A stretch of DNA of 64,000 bases from Octopus vulgaris (taxonomy: Eukaryota): positions 60,078,001 to 60,142,000 of the forward strand of contig OX597826.1 of assembly GCA_951406725.2 (NCBI GenBank). The letters are read 5' to 3'. The position numbers and the translations under genes were made by a program. Shown here in pieces: positions 14,214-27,509 of this stretch. The notes under the pieces are model-generated. The model worked only from the letters and a program-made list of their open reading frames with translations. It made no database searches and was not told where the DNA came from. Numbering within the stretch: the stretch's first letter is position 1; every line of letters starts with the position of its first letter.

Positions 14214-14695
14214 AAACATAATAATAATAATATATGTACCTCAACCAAACCGATTGACCCAATAAGGAAAAAATAATCTTTCAATTCAGGCAAAAATGTT
14301 TCTGCCTTCGTTCGTGTTGGCGATGAATTTTTTACCCTGCATCCATTGTTTCCGAGCCAAGACCAATGAAGTACCTGCTTAAAGTTAAATTATGTAAAAA
14401 TATTTTGCAAGAATGACGGCTGTGTAATATATGTTTAGAGTAATAAATACGTAATATCTTTTTTGTTCCTCTTTCTTTCGCATGTTTCTTATTCTGGATC
14501 CCTTTCTTGGAAAAGATATTGGTTTATTTTTTGAGAGCCACGCTATCAGAAAATAGCATGCATTGGCTTTAGTTGATTACTTGTTTGGTAATTAGGTGTT
14601 GTTATATAAATTAAACATTGCTATTTAACAACACAAAAAATTAAGTGGAACTAGAGAACGTGTGAGGAAATCATTTCCGTGTATATGTACGTATG

Positions 14696-14763
<68 letters not shown>

Positions 14764-15062
14764 GACATACGTATGTGTGTATGTGCGCGTGAATGCATTT
14801 TATATATGTATGCATGTTTGAGTACACAGACACACACGCATACGCACATATACACACACATTTAAACGTGACGCATACATATATATCTCTATTACGTTTG
14901 AGGCTGTGGAGCGCATATATATACACACACACACACACACAGACGCATACACACACATATATATATATATATGCATATAAATACATATACATTCACATTC
15001 AAACACGTATAGATGTATGTATGGTTTAATAATTTAAATATATGTATATGCATATATATTTT

Positions 15063-15095
<33 letters not shown>

Positions 15096-15254
15096 GTCGT
15101 TGTCTATCTATCTCCCCTCCCTCTCTATATATGTATATATAGATATGATATATATATATATATATATACTAATAAACACACACACATGCACGCACACACA
15201 CACGCACACACACACATATATATATATACATACATACATACATACATACATACA

Positions 15255-15287
<33 letters not shown>

Positions 15288-15685
15288 TTATATATGTAGC
15301 TTTGTCTGAAAAATTAACTTGCTGTAGTCTATTTATTTTAATCCTTAACTTTCTGCAATAATTTCAACAAAATAATCAATATTTTATCCTACCGTTGCTC
15401 ACGGCTTCTCGCCAACGTACTATTAGGTTCTCAATGCCTTGGTGTCAGAAATAACAGTTTTGACTGTAAGAATCATAAACTACATGTTCCGCTCCTCGTC
15501 GTTGTTGAACAAAAGGCCAAGCAGCCTGCTTTCGAGCGACAGAAAATGGTCATAATCTTCCCATACCAGGAGGATACGGTATCTCATACAAAATTTCTAA
15601 ATCGAGATCTTGAATAGCATTTTTGTTCAAAAGATTCTTCGGTTTAAGCGAGATTTATATATTTAAGAAATTTACTGAAATCCAA

Positions 15686-16057
15686 GCCAGAATTGAACCC
15701 ACATATCAACGTTTGCATGGCTACATGCGCATCCGATTGCGCTGAACATCCAATTGTGCTAAATGCATCCGATTTCGCTAAGCATTAACTGCAGCTAAAT
15801 TTATATATATGATTTAAACTGTCTATTATTGTTGTTATTATTATTATTGTTATTGTTATTGTACTAATAAATTTCCACATATGCTTTCTCTCCGTAACTT
15901 AAAGCCTTCTCTTTCTTTTTTTAAGAATATTTTATGTAGTAATTAGGCAGTTCAAATATATATACGTAAAACTTGCCTGAATTTGATAGGTGAGAACTTG
16001 GCCCAATCGAATGCACATGCAGCTGTGTAAGTGTTGATATGTGGGTTCGATTCTGGC
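15686..16057. repeat. Divergent pair of tRNA-like SINE heads
   Basis: GTTGATATGTGGGTTCRATTCTGGC on minus at 15686-15745 and on plus at 15998-16057. Confidence 0.6.
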
Positions 16058-16124
16058 AAGTGTTAGCGCATCATTTTTCAGTCAATTTGTTTATATATAT
16101 ATATATCGGAGAATAGAATGCCTA

Positions 16125-17020
16125 ACGAAAGTGGAATGCCTAAAGAAAGGAGTGATTGACTGGTTAGTGAGGCCCATTAGTGCTTGTTATATGGCTGGAA
16201 GTGTATCTAAGGACTGGTGAGGTAACTGTATAGTGCCACTGTACAAGGGAAAATGGGATAAATGTGAGTGTGGACATTTTAGGAGTATGTTTGGTAAACT
16301 GTATTGTATAATTCTGATTGTAAGGGTGAGGATCCAGAAATAGAGCGTGCTAGGAAAGGAGCAGTGCGGTTTTAGGAGTGGAAGGGTGTGTACAGATCAA
16401 ATCTTTGTAGCAAAGCAGATGTGTGAGAAGTATTTGGAAAAAGAGAGGGATGTGTATTGGGCCTTTATGGATTTAGAGAAAGCATATAGGGATGCAGTGT
16501 GGCAGGTGTTGCGGTTTTATGAAGTAGATGGCAGATCATTGAGAGCTGTTTAGAGTTTCTATAGAGAAATTAGGGCGTACGTTAGGGTGGGTGGTGAAGT
16601 GAGTGGTTTGATGTGAAGGTGGGGTTAAGGCAGGGTTTTGTAATGGTCTCCGTGGCTGTATCTGTTAAATTTATATAAGGATGGTGTGGTCTAGAGAGGT
16701 GAATGCTAGAACCTTTGGTAGGAGAGACCAAATGGTGGGAGAAAATGGAGAGAAATGGCAGGTGAGTCAGTTGTTCTTGCTGAAGATACAGCACTGGTGG
16801 TGGATTTAGAAGAGCAACTGAGGAGACTGATGATAGAGTTTGGAAGAGTGTGTGACAGGTGGAAACTGAAGGTGAATATAGCTAACAGTATGTTGATGAG
16901 ATGTTCGAGAGATGGAATGTCTGATAGGATGAGTGTGAGTATAAATGGTGTGATGTTAGAGGAGGTGAATGTTTTTTTAGTATCTGGGATCACATGTGAT
17001 AGTGGATGGAGGATGGGGAA
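16125..17020 (+). pseudogene. Decayed RTE-clade non-LTR retrotransposon reverse transcriptase
   Basis: IVPLYKGK, EQCGFRSGRVCTDQIF, AFMDLEKAY, VGLRQG, (F)AEDTAL and LKVNIANS motifs across frames, with stops and frameshifts. Confidence 0.9.
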
Positions 17021-17371
17021 TTAACGGAAAAGGCGACTAAAATAGATTGAGGTAAGATTTTCATTCCAGCCTCGTAAACAGATCCATGGAGTGGAGGGTT
17101 GTCACCTGAGTCGTGCAAAGGTGTAATGTACCATGGGAATCAGCAACATATGGTGGATGCAACGATGCGCTGTTACAACGCATGCCCCCATTCGACTACT
17201 ACAACTGTTTCAATTACGGTTTTCTGTTTTACACACACAGACATATGTGTATATGCCAATATATTTACGCATGCACGTATTTGCAAATGTATTCGTGCAA
17301 ATATCCTTCTGATTCGCAATCATCAGGTGCTCAATACTTTTTATACTAAGTTCGCTTTTACTTATCAATAG

Positions 17372-17634
17372 ATTCAGCGAGCTAGAGTTTCTAACGTGAA
17401 CTGAGAAATAATGGACGAGTGACATCAAAAAATACCCAAGCAAAGAAACCTAACATATGCCTAGAGTTTCGTCTATTGGATATAATTGATCGGTGTAAAA
17501 TATGCCACGATGGAGACGTCTCGGAATTTGATGCCGAGTGCGAACATCGGACCAGACACTTTTTCTCCATACTCTATTCTGCGATGATTTTGAATTTCTG
17601 TGCGATTTTAGAAAAGTTTGCTGAAGATAAACAA
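17372..17634 (+). other. Candidate internal exon, coding status unknown
   Basis: TACTAAG branch-like site, acceptor TTTTACTTATCAATAG|, weak donor CAA|GTAAAG and unique CpG-richer sequence. No recognisable protein. Confidence 0.2.
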
Positions 17635-17932
17635 GTAAAGTTGCATTTTTGTGTATCTGTAGAAATATTTAACTGTACGTATGTATGTATGGAATTGTTT
17701 ATGACAAATGACTGCTGTTGCTTTGCTTCTTGCTTAACATTTCTTCTTCTTACATACGTAAACATGCTAACGCACACGCTAATGTATATATTTTAGTATG
17801 TGAGAGGAAGCGAGTACCGATCTTAATTTTCCTCACGTTGTTTCTCTCTCTCTCTTTTCTCCCTCCCATCCCCCCCTCTCTCTCTCTCTGAATATATATA
17901 TATGTATATATATATGTATATATGTATATATG

Positions 17933-17992
<60 letters not shown>

Positions 17993-18067
17993 CACACATA
18001 TATACATATAGGTACATTCTCATAGATGTACATAGATGACTGCTTGTGAGTGTGTAAGCATACATTT

Positions 18068-18119
<52 letters not shown>

Positions 18120-18332
18120 TATATTATATATACATACATAAGTATATTTATGCATGTACATTCACAAATACGCAAATATCCATACACTCACATATATATC
18201 TATATATATCATATGCATATATCTGGGAGATGGTAAAGTTGATGTCAATGTCTTTCATAATTAAGTACTTTTTAAAATATTTCATTTTTATATCAATACG
18301 GTAACTTGTTTTAACATCAACATAGTTATCTA

Positions 18333-18372
<40 letters not shown>

Positions 18373-19080
18373 ATGAATTTGATTTTCCCTCCCTTTTGTT
18401 TTTCTTTCTTTTGTATTCTTTTTTTTTTTTCATGAATACTCATCGCTTTTGAAATGGCGCCTTGAAATGCTTCGAATGGCGGGTGTCAAATATTGTTTTG
18501 TCATTCTTGAATTTGTGTGCTATTAGACAAGTTATGTTGTCGCCACTTGACTACGAAAATACATTAAAATACGTTTAGAAAATTTCCTTCGTATAGAAAC
18601 CGGCTATAATGATCAGTTTATGATTTTTTTTTTTTTTTAAGACAAAGTTTATAAAGAATGCAAAAAATATATAATTGCGTGTCCTAAATATGAGCCGCTG
18701 TTGTCAATGCTTATTTAAGGATTTAATATGAACTTGGTGCATATATATTTTATTTTCAACTGAAATACTACACATTTCACAACAGGTCTTTTGACACTAT
18801 TTTCCTCCCAGTAAAACTTGCCCATTTCTTCATTTCCTCTGTCACTATGACATCATCTCTGACTCTTGCCTACTCTGTTTGAATACACACACACACACAC
18901 ACACATACACACACACATATGTGTGATCATATGCCATTACATTCAAACGCACACATATATACATATACGTATATGTATGTGTATATATGTGTGTATGGAT
19001 ATGTATGTATGTATAAAGATATGTATGTATCTATGAATATATTTTTCTACATATATATAAATATAAATATATATGATAAA

Positions 19081-19130
19081 TGGCGGTGATCCAGCATGGC
19101 CACAGCGCGTGAGCTGAAACTAGATAAAAT
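19081..19130 (+). mobile_element. Extreme 3' tail of CR1-like LINE
   Basis: TGGCGGTGATCCAGCATGGCCACAGCGCGTGAGCTGAAACTAGA matches 43865-43908. Confidence 0.75.
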
Positions 19131-19192
19131 ACAAATTTAAAAAATATAGATATGTATATATATATATGTATGCGTATACATATACATACATA

Positions 19193-19290
<98 letters not shown>

Positions 19291-19454
19291 TATAAATACA
19301 GGCAATAGGTTAGTGTTAGATATGCTCAGTATAGAAAACACGTAATCAGATGAATTTGAACTACGACCTCAGCTTCAAGAGTGACTTTAAGAGAAATTCA
19401 AAAATGACTAGATACTGAGTTAATAAGGCAGATAAATACATTTATGTTTCATAC

Positions 19455-20003
19455 GTATCAATGTTACCATGGTATTATCTACTGAACAGACTTGATGTTA
19501 TAGCTAGATCACTGTATAACGAGATCTGTGGAAAGGATAACCCTAAGGAGAAATAAATAAGAACTCACAGGATAGTGGAAACCATAGCCACTCATAGCTA
19601 CGCTGGGCAATTGATGAATCTGCAGTTACTCTATCCAGACTACCTAATTATTGAGGTGATTGGATATGTAACACAGTGCCTAAATGCCAATCTTGAGAAA
19701 TTAGGTTTCTCAAAACCAGAAAGGAGGAAGCTGATTCGAAGAGTACAAATCCAATCCATCACTGGAACTGTAAAAGATCTGTAAATTTTCCAGAAGTTTA
19801 TCATTAAATATTTATGAGCATGTCTTGATATGCAACTCTGTGCATGAGAAGACACATCAAACAAAACAAATAAATCTGCACGTATACTTACATACTTATA
19901 AAAATACACTGTTGTTGATGCTAAAATTCCACTGAAGTAGCATTTGATCTAGGCTAGAAACCGACTCTTTCTCTATTGGCAAGTAATCTTGAAATAAAAC
20001 TCT
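19455..20003 (+). pseudogene. 3' end of RLE-type (R4/Dong-like) non-LTR retrotransposon, internally deleted
   Basis: R(H/L)DVIARSLYNEI after the knuckle region, then NLQLLYPDY..IIEVIGYVTQCLNANLEKLGFSKPERRKLIRRVQIQSITGTVK, then a 3'UTR. Clade assignment is from remembered motif layout. Confidence 0.65.
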
Positions 20004-20031
20004 ATAATAATATGCGTAGATACATACATTG

Positions 20032-20230
20032 ATACATACATACATGCCTACATACATACATACACACATACATACATACATACATACATACATACATACA
20101 TACATACATACATACATACATACATACATGGATACATGCATACATACATGCATACATACATACACACATACATACATACATACATACATACATACATACA
20201 TACATACATTCATACAAACATACATACACA
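20032..20230. repeat. (CATA)n microsatellite
   Basis: Read directly from the sequence. Confidence 0.95.
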
Positions 20231-20236
20231 AATATG

Positions 20237-20515
20237 CTTCTCAAAACGAGGAAGAATAAAGCTGATTCACAGACTAGAGATCCAAGCCAACATTGGAACT
20301 GTAAAATCTGTAAAACACTCTAAAAATTTGTCATTTAAGTATATAGGAGCATCTCTAGATATGCAAGTGTATTCATGAGAAGACATATACAGAACAAGAC
20401 ATACAAATTTGCACGTATATAAACACACATACAGAAATACCCTATTGCTGATGTTCAAATTCCAATGTAGGAACATTTCTCTATTAGCAAGACATCTGGA
20501 AATAAAATTGAATAA
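20237..20515 (+). mobile_element. Second, more truncated copy of the same RLE-type element 3' end
   Basis: Colinear with 19707-20003 (TTCTCAAAAC..AAGCTGATTC..GGAACTGTAAA..CATGAGAAGACA..TTTCTCTATT..GAAATAAAA). Confidence 0.8.
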
Positions 20516-20976
20516 TGACACAGAACATACACAAACATACACACACGCATGCACACATACACATATTCACACACATATTGACACATTATACATAAAGAAA
20601 AACACACACACATATATTTAGAGACAAAAACGCACCATACACTTACACGCACGCATATTCACACGCAAACACACAGGAACACATACACACGCATATGTAA
20701 ACTCATATATTTACATGAAGCACGACAAATACAGACAAATATGAGGAAAATATACAATTTCTGAACTCGACAGATGTTTCAGGAAGTTCGTAGTTGCGTA
20801 ACAATTACAATAGTTATAATATGCAAACAAGTCACGAGTATACGACCAGTAACCAGCCATACGGAGTTATTACAATCAGCCCAGCTTTCCTCATCAAGAG
20901 AAGATTGGTGAATGCGCTTCACATTATAGTGGTAAAGATTTAAACTATTGGAACCGGTTATGGTGTGTTTTTTTTT

Positions 20977-21273
20977 GTTCCTTCTCGAGCCACACCTGAC
21001 TTATTAAGGCCGGTTTCCCGGTTTCCTTGGCGTATAGGTTCCCCACCTGGACTGGACGCCGGTCCGGCGTCGGTGAGCTGCAACAGGCAGGAGGAAAGAG
21101 TGAAAGAAAGTTGTGGTGAACGAGTCAGCAGAAGTTCGCCATTACTTTCTGCCTAAGCCGCGTGGTGCCAAGGTGTTTTCGCTCATAAACACACACATCG
21201 CCCGGTCAGATATTCGAACCCGCGATCTCTCGACCGAGAGTCCGCTGCTCTAACCACTAGGCCATGTGTCTCC
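20977..21273 (-). mobile_element. SINE with group A head and body but a different 3' tail
   Basis: Head and body align with 158-345. The tail GGCGTCCAGTCCAGG..GAAACCGGGAAACCGG is shared with 49905-50185. Confidence 0.8.
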
Positions 21274-21566
21274 TTTCGTGTGTTTACGTCCCTCTAATTT
21301 AGTGGTTGGGAAAAGTAATTGATAGAATAAACGCCAGAATAAAAAAATACAAAAACTATGGTCGATTTGCCCAACTAAACTCTTCGAAACTAGGCCTCAG
21401 CCTGACGGAAGCCCAATGAGAGTATCAAGTGAACAATAAAAGATTAAATTCAGGTATCGATGTAAATATAGATGTATGATGACTATGAATAAACCGAAAC
21501 GTCGACGTCCTTATGAAACCTTGCCTACTAAACTTTAACACATGAAGCAAACATTATGTATGTCTA

Positions 21567-21962
21567 AGGTGGCGAACTGGCAGCAATATTAGGACGCCAG
21601 GCAAAATGCTCAGCGGCATTTCTTCTTTACTTTCTGGTTTCATATTCCACTGAAGCTGACTTTGCTTTCATCCTTTTGGGCTCCATAAATTAAGAGTCAC
21701 TTTATCACTGGTGTCGTTGTAATCGACTTAACTTTTCTCGAAGTACTGGCCTTGTGCCAAGTTTAAATCCGATAAATATAATAATATATATATAAGCCGG
21801 TGAGCTGCCAGAATCGATACCACACTGGACAAAAAATCTAAACGTCAATTTTGACTTTATACTGTGTGTTCAAATACCACCGGTGTCTTTCATCTTTTCA
21901 GCGTCGATTTAATCGACTTACCCTTTCTTTAAATTGCTGGCAGTTTGCTAAAATTTGGAAAC
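21567..21962 (+). mobile_element. Two tandem diverged group D SINEs
   Basis: GGTGGCGAACTGGCAG and GGTGAGCTGCCAGAATCG heads, each followed by TTTCATC and TAATCGACTTA. Confidence 0.7.
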
Positions 21963-22415
21963 AATATATACGTATATATATACATATATACAGAAACACA
22001 TATATGTACGCATATATATTTGTATGAATCTTAATATATCATGAATATATATATTGCGTAATAATCTTAAACCTCTATTGACGAAATGTTTCCAAATTAA
22101 ACCCTTCGTAATTTGAACTCTTCGTTTTTCAGCTGAAAGACTTACCATCATAATGTCACTTGGGTTCCCATGATAAATAGCAATATGTTCGTTATAATTG
22201 ATTAAGATGCGTTCGGTTCGTAAGTCACCAAGAGACTGTCTAGGTGATAATGCGACGAACCGATATTTTTTTCGAATAGAGATAACTTTTTCAATAACTG
22301 TTATTATCAAATTATAAAGGGATTAGTAATAGCTTCAGATTTCTGAAATATGCACTGATATACATATACATATATACATACATATGTGTCTGTGTATACA
22401 TATATATGTATATAC

Positions 22416-22506
<91 letters not shown>

Positions 22507-22602
22507 ACTATATATACATACACATAAAGAGATGGCTATGTTCATACAAATATATACATATGTATATGTATATATATATATATATATATTTATATATGTG
22601 TA

Positions 22603-22640
<38 letters not shown>

Positions 22641-22766
22641 TACACATATCCGTGTGTATGTGTGTGTCTGTTTGTATAAGTATATAAATTATGACATACA
22701 AATCTTCTCTTTTCCCTATTAGTATTTTATTATTCCCATTACTATAAATGTTACTACTATCACAAG

Positions 22767-22802
22767 TATTATTATTATTATTACTATCATTATTATTATT
22801 AC

Positions 22803-22843
<41 letters not shown>

Positions 22844-22880
22844 CCCTTATTATCATTATTATTATTGTTATTATTATTTA
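22767..22880. repeat. (TTA)n/(CAT)n trinucleotide repeats
   Basis: Read directly from the sequence. Confidence 0.9.
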
Positions 22881-23226
22881 GACTGCAACTATTGTTAGTA
22901 AGATTTATTGAGCATAATGATCCAACATTTCCGTTTATTGCGCTGTAACGTGTTCCCTGCAATCAAATATGACATATATATCGATAGCCAGTCACGCACC
23001 TACCTGCACACGCACAGAAAATACACGAAACTATAGATATATGAGTATATCATGTGCGAGAGATAGTGAGAACAACGACGACAGAGAGAGATTCAGGTGT
23101 ACATTTGATGTATGAACTTAAAGAAATGATTAGGCACGGCTTCTATTACCATACTGATAACAGACACACACACACACGCACATTTATATGTGTGTATGTA
23201 CGTGTATGAATGCCCACAGAGAAACA

Positions 23227-23289
<63 letters not shown>

Positions 23290-23877
23290 GTGTGTGTGTA
23301 TTTATAACCACACGCACAGTCTCATACCTCTTTCAAATAAATATATATATTTATGTAGACACACATATATAGGCACACATTCTCCTGTGTATGAGCCTAT
23401 GTGTGTGTGTATACATATAAGTGAGATTTCCTTATCTTCAGTCGATCATAATAAATCATTTATCGATAACACAACCCATAAAGTGGTCTAAAATTAATTG
23501 ATCATCATTATTACTCTACATACAATGTCCTCCATTTCCTCCCCACTTCTATCGACTGTCTCTACAGCTGTCTAACAAAGAGATCTACGGAAGCCATACT
23601 TCATGGTTTAACACAGTGTAATATATATTTTTATCGCCATTACGAAGATATCATTAGCAGGAGATATTATATAGAAGTAAACGAACGAATAGCCAATTAA
23701 CTAATTTTACCTCCTCTCCTTTACTCACCCTAATTTTCACTTCATTTTTTACTGATGTGAATCTTTTCCTATTTGTCTATCTCTTTTTCATTTTTAATGT
23801 TTTCATTCTAAAATGTTCTATCTAAAAAGACACACAAACATACAAGCATACATACATACGCATATACATACGCATAT

Positions 23878-23931
<54 letters not shown>

Positions 23932-26235
23932 CAATTACATTAAATAAAATTCATCTAATGCTTTCTAATATACGCTGGGTATCAATAAGGCCTACGAGAG
24001 ACCGTGTAATATGTCAAGTGTGTACGCTACATTTTCCTGTGTATGTATGTATGTATTTATTCATGCATGAACGATGCATGTATGTGAATATGTATGTACA
24101 TTTATATTCAAGTTCTAAATTGTCTCAGTCTTGTCTCTCAATATCTGGTGATGTAGACATGTCCTTCCCTTACAGAATTTAAGCCCCGTAAATCTAAGTC
24201 AATATCATATTAAGTACGTGAAAATCACACCAAATGAGTTGAGTGTGACTTTCTATCGTCTGTTCTATTCTCTTAATTCTCTATCTCTGGTAGAACACGA
24301 GCCTCAAAAGACATATAAGCGGTCGAAAATGGTGAGACACACACTTCTGTACTCGTTGAAATCTAGATTCTTCCAGGAATCTTTATTTGACATGTTATAT
24401 CGAGAAAATGGAATATATAATCAAATGCATGCGCTGGAATACCTATTTCGTGGCGAATCTGGGCTTTAGCATATCCGTAATTCGGATTCTTATCAAGAGA
24501 ATTTCGTGAATAAAGTTCCTTGAGAAAAGTGAATCCGATATGATGAACATCATCTTTGAAAATGAAAGATAATATTTCACTATCGTTCTAATCCTTTTCC
24601 AAAAACTCTAATCTGTAAAAGTAATCACTTCAAACTATCACATAATGCATAAATTATCTCTAACAATTCAAAGAACATATACGAAACACAGAGCATAAAT
24701 GAAGCACAACATGTCATCGGTGAAGCGGCTAACTAGCAGTACGTTTCTGTACATGGAGGCGCACCATTCGCAGAAGTCTGATTTAGTCGTACTGTCTATG
24801 TAAACAACTGAACTAATATAACTAAGAGCTTTCTATCCTTAAGTAAAATCCATTTCCCAGGAATACATACATATCTTAAACACTTTACTTCTCGTTAAGT
24901 CGAGTATAGCTACTCAATGTTCCAATTTTCCACTGTAAAATATGTATAAACACGCACCACCCATTTTCACTCTCCCATGCTTAAGTATGTGAAAACATTA
25001 TACCCATTGCTCATCGTGAGGAAATTATTCCTCCAATCCTGTGATGTATAGAGACACGCTCACACCATTGAGTGTTATCCAGTGACACTACACTTATTTA
25101 TGTATGTAGTATGTAAGTACGTATGTATGTATGTATGTATGTTGCATCGAGAAAAAAATAGCTTCTTTGGTTACTCAGTTATATCATGAGTGTTCATCAT
25201 TCAGTATAAATATTCCACATACTGAATGTCGCATATGAAGAGCTGTCGGCTTTTAATATATAAATCGGTGCAAGTTAAGTTAACAAATCTGTAACTTTAA
25301 CACACCATGATTTTGGAAAAGAAATTTCTTTCAAAAAAAAGTTGGCCGAACTATTAGCGAAACTGCACAAACTTCCTAAATATCTTATAAAATAAGAAGT
25401 AATCTCATAATCTGGAATGGTTAAAATCATATAGCTTAAGAACACGACTCATATAGTGTTTAGAAATGAAAATTATATAATAGATAAATGAGATCAGTTG
25501 AAAAGTGTGCTAAATAAGAAGAAAAAACTCATTAATTATTGTTCTTATTGATAAGCTAACTAATACAAGAAATGATGATTTCAATACAATGGAAGACAGG
25601 ACCGAAATATCTCCTTAACAATACTTTAATATTTCTTATATTGCCTGGAGCATCGCCTCGTCCATAAGATGATTAACGTCTAATAACTAATGAAATAGAT
25701 TCATCTTTTGTTTAGAAATGAAGATTTTGAAATTGAAATCCATTCTGAGACAATTCAAATAATCAGGAAGAGATGATATGAAAGATGATCGCAGATCGAA
25801 CCGATCAAGATGCTGTTTAAAAAGCAATACAAATGATGAGGTTAATAGAGGGGAAATATTTAATAATTGCTCTATCTTATAACAGACGTTCAGACATATA
25901 GATGACCTATATATGCTATATTTATAGTAATTCTTTGAAATATTCAGAAGACATTATCAGTTAATTATCAATTCTCACCTGGCTGTCTATTAAAATTGGT
26001 TTCTAATTTTCGCGTGATATTTTAGTAACGTTCCATTCAAATTGGTAGCACTTTCATAAATTATTTAACACAGAAAGAGAAAAAGGAGGGAGCAGAAGAA
26101 AGTCCAGGGAAGATAAATGTCTGTGTATGTATGTATATGTATATGTGTCTGTGGGTGTGTGTACATCACTTCAAACACTCTATAAATATATATATGTTAT
26201 ATGTTATATTATATATACATATATACATAAATACA

Positions 26236-26304
<69 letters not shown>

Positions 26305-26349
26305 GTGTATCTATCTATCTATTTATTTATATATTCACTTATCTATTTG

Positions 26350-26403
<54 letters not shown>

Positions 26404-26559
26404 TCGATTAGACGTTGTGTTAACCTAGTGAAAGGATGGTTTCATACAAGGAGATGCTGGTTCAATACCTAGTATTTTAGGGGAATCAATTTCCTTAAAA
26501 TAATATATAAAACATATAGTTTATATTTATATACAAAAAGAAAAAGAAAATGGAGATTG

Positions 26560-26852
26560 AGAATTGTTGTATACTGTCAATCTAACATGAACGTGACAGT
26601 AGGGGGGGGTACACCACCGCTGTTTAGTCCTAGGAAACATCGACGCCTCCTGATGGCTTTGACACATTTTTCCTGTGTCCTTATATACATTTACGAAGGT
26701 GAGACAAACACCCGTAAATGTCAATGTATATAAGGACACAGGAAAAATGTGTCAAAGCCGTCAGGAGGCGTCGATGCTTCCTAGGGCTAAACAGCGGTGG
26801 TGTACCCCCATACTGTCACGTTCATGTTACATTGACAGTATACAACCATTCT
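26560..26852. mobile_element. Long near-perfect palindrome, foldback/MITE-like element
   Basis: Arms of about 140 bp (TTGTATACTGTCAA...TTGACAGTATACAA) pair to a short central loop near 26700-26709, with few mismatches and a 6-nt indel. Confidence 0.85.
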
Positions 26853-27095
26853 ATCGCCCCACCACCGTACGTTTATTATCAACAGCAAATTAACCATCAT
26901 CCCTTACAGCTGTTTCATTTAAATTCAATTAATACTCAATAAATAAACATTAAAATAATATGGCCTGAGCATAATATTTTTAGAGGTAAAAATAACATAC
27001 CTTTGGATGTTTTATATGTATTTATGGATTCATTATAGTAGACTGTATGATTAAGCTAATGTTGATAAATTTGCTGTTAATATTAAACAGCAGGA

Positions 27096-27285
27096 GGCGC
27101 AGGAGTGGCTCATAGGCGCATGAGTGGCTGTGTGGTAAGTAGCTTGTTAACCAACCACATGGTTCCGGGTTCAGTCCCACTGCATGGCATCTTGGGCAAG
27201 TGTCTTCTGCTATAGCCCCGGGCCGACCAATACCTTGTGAGTGGATTTGGTAGACGGAAACTGAAAGAAATCTGTCATACATATG

Positions 27286-27320
<35 letters not shown>

Positions 27321-27509
27321 ATGTGTCTGTGTTTGTCCCCCTAGCATTGCTTGACAACCGATGCTGGTGTGTTTATGTCCCCGTCACTTAGCGGTTCGGG
27401 CTTACAAAGAATAAGTCCCGGGGTCGATTTGCTCGACTAAAGGCGGTGCTCCAGCATGGCCGCAGTCAAATGACTGAAACAAGTAAAAGAGTAAAATAGT
27501 AAAAGAGTA
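27096..27509 (+). mobile_element. SINE group C (internal microsatellite, CR1-like tail)
   Basis: Head GGAGTGGCTGTGTGGTAAG..GGTTCAGTCCC, CORE-like CTTGGGCAAGTGTCTT, internal (TA)(TG), tail GGCGGTGCTCCAGCATGGCCGCAGTCAAATGACTGAAAC. The first ~15 nt are duplicated. Confidence 0.9.

Noticed and set aside
21470-21510. Hammerhead-like TGATGA...GAAACGTC
   Set aside because: Core C is missing and stem II cannot form; too degenerate to call.
22312-22962. 216-aa N/D-rich ORF
   Set aside because: Almost entirely trinucleotide and dinucleotide repeats.
24482-24538. TCGGATTC...GAATCCGA hairpin as pre-miRNA
   Set aside because: Large asymmetric internal loop and no recognisable mature sequence.
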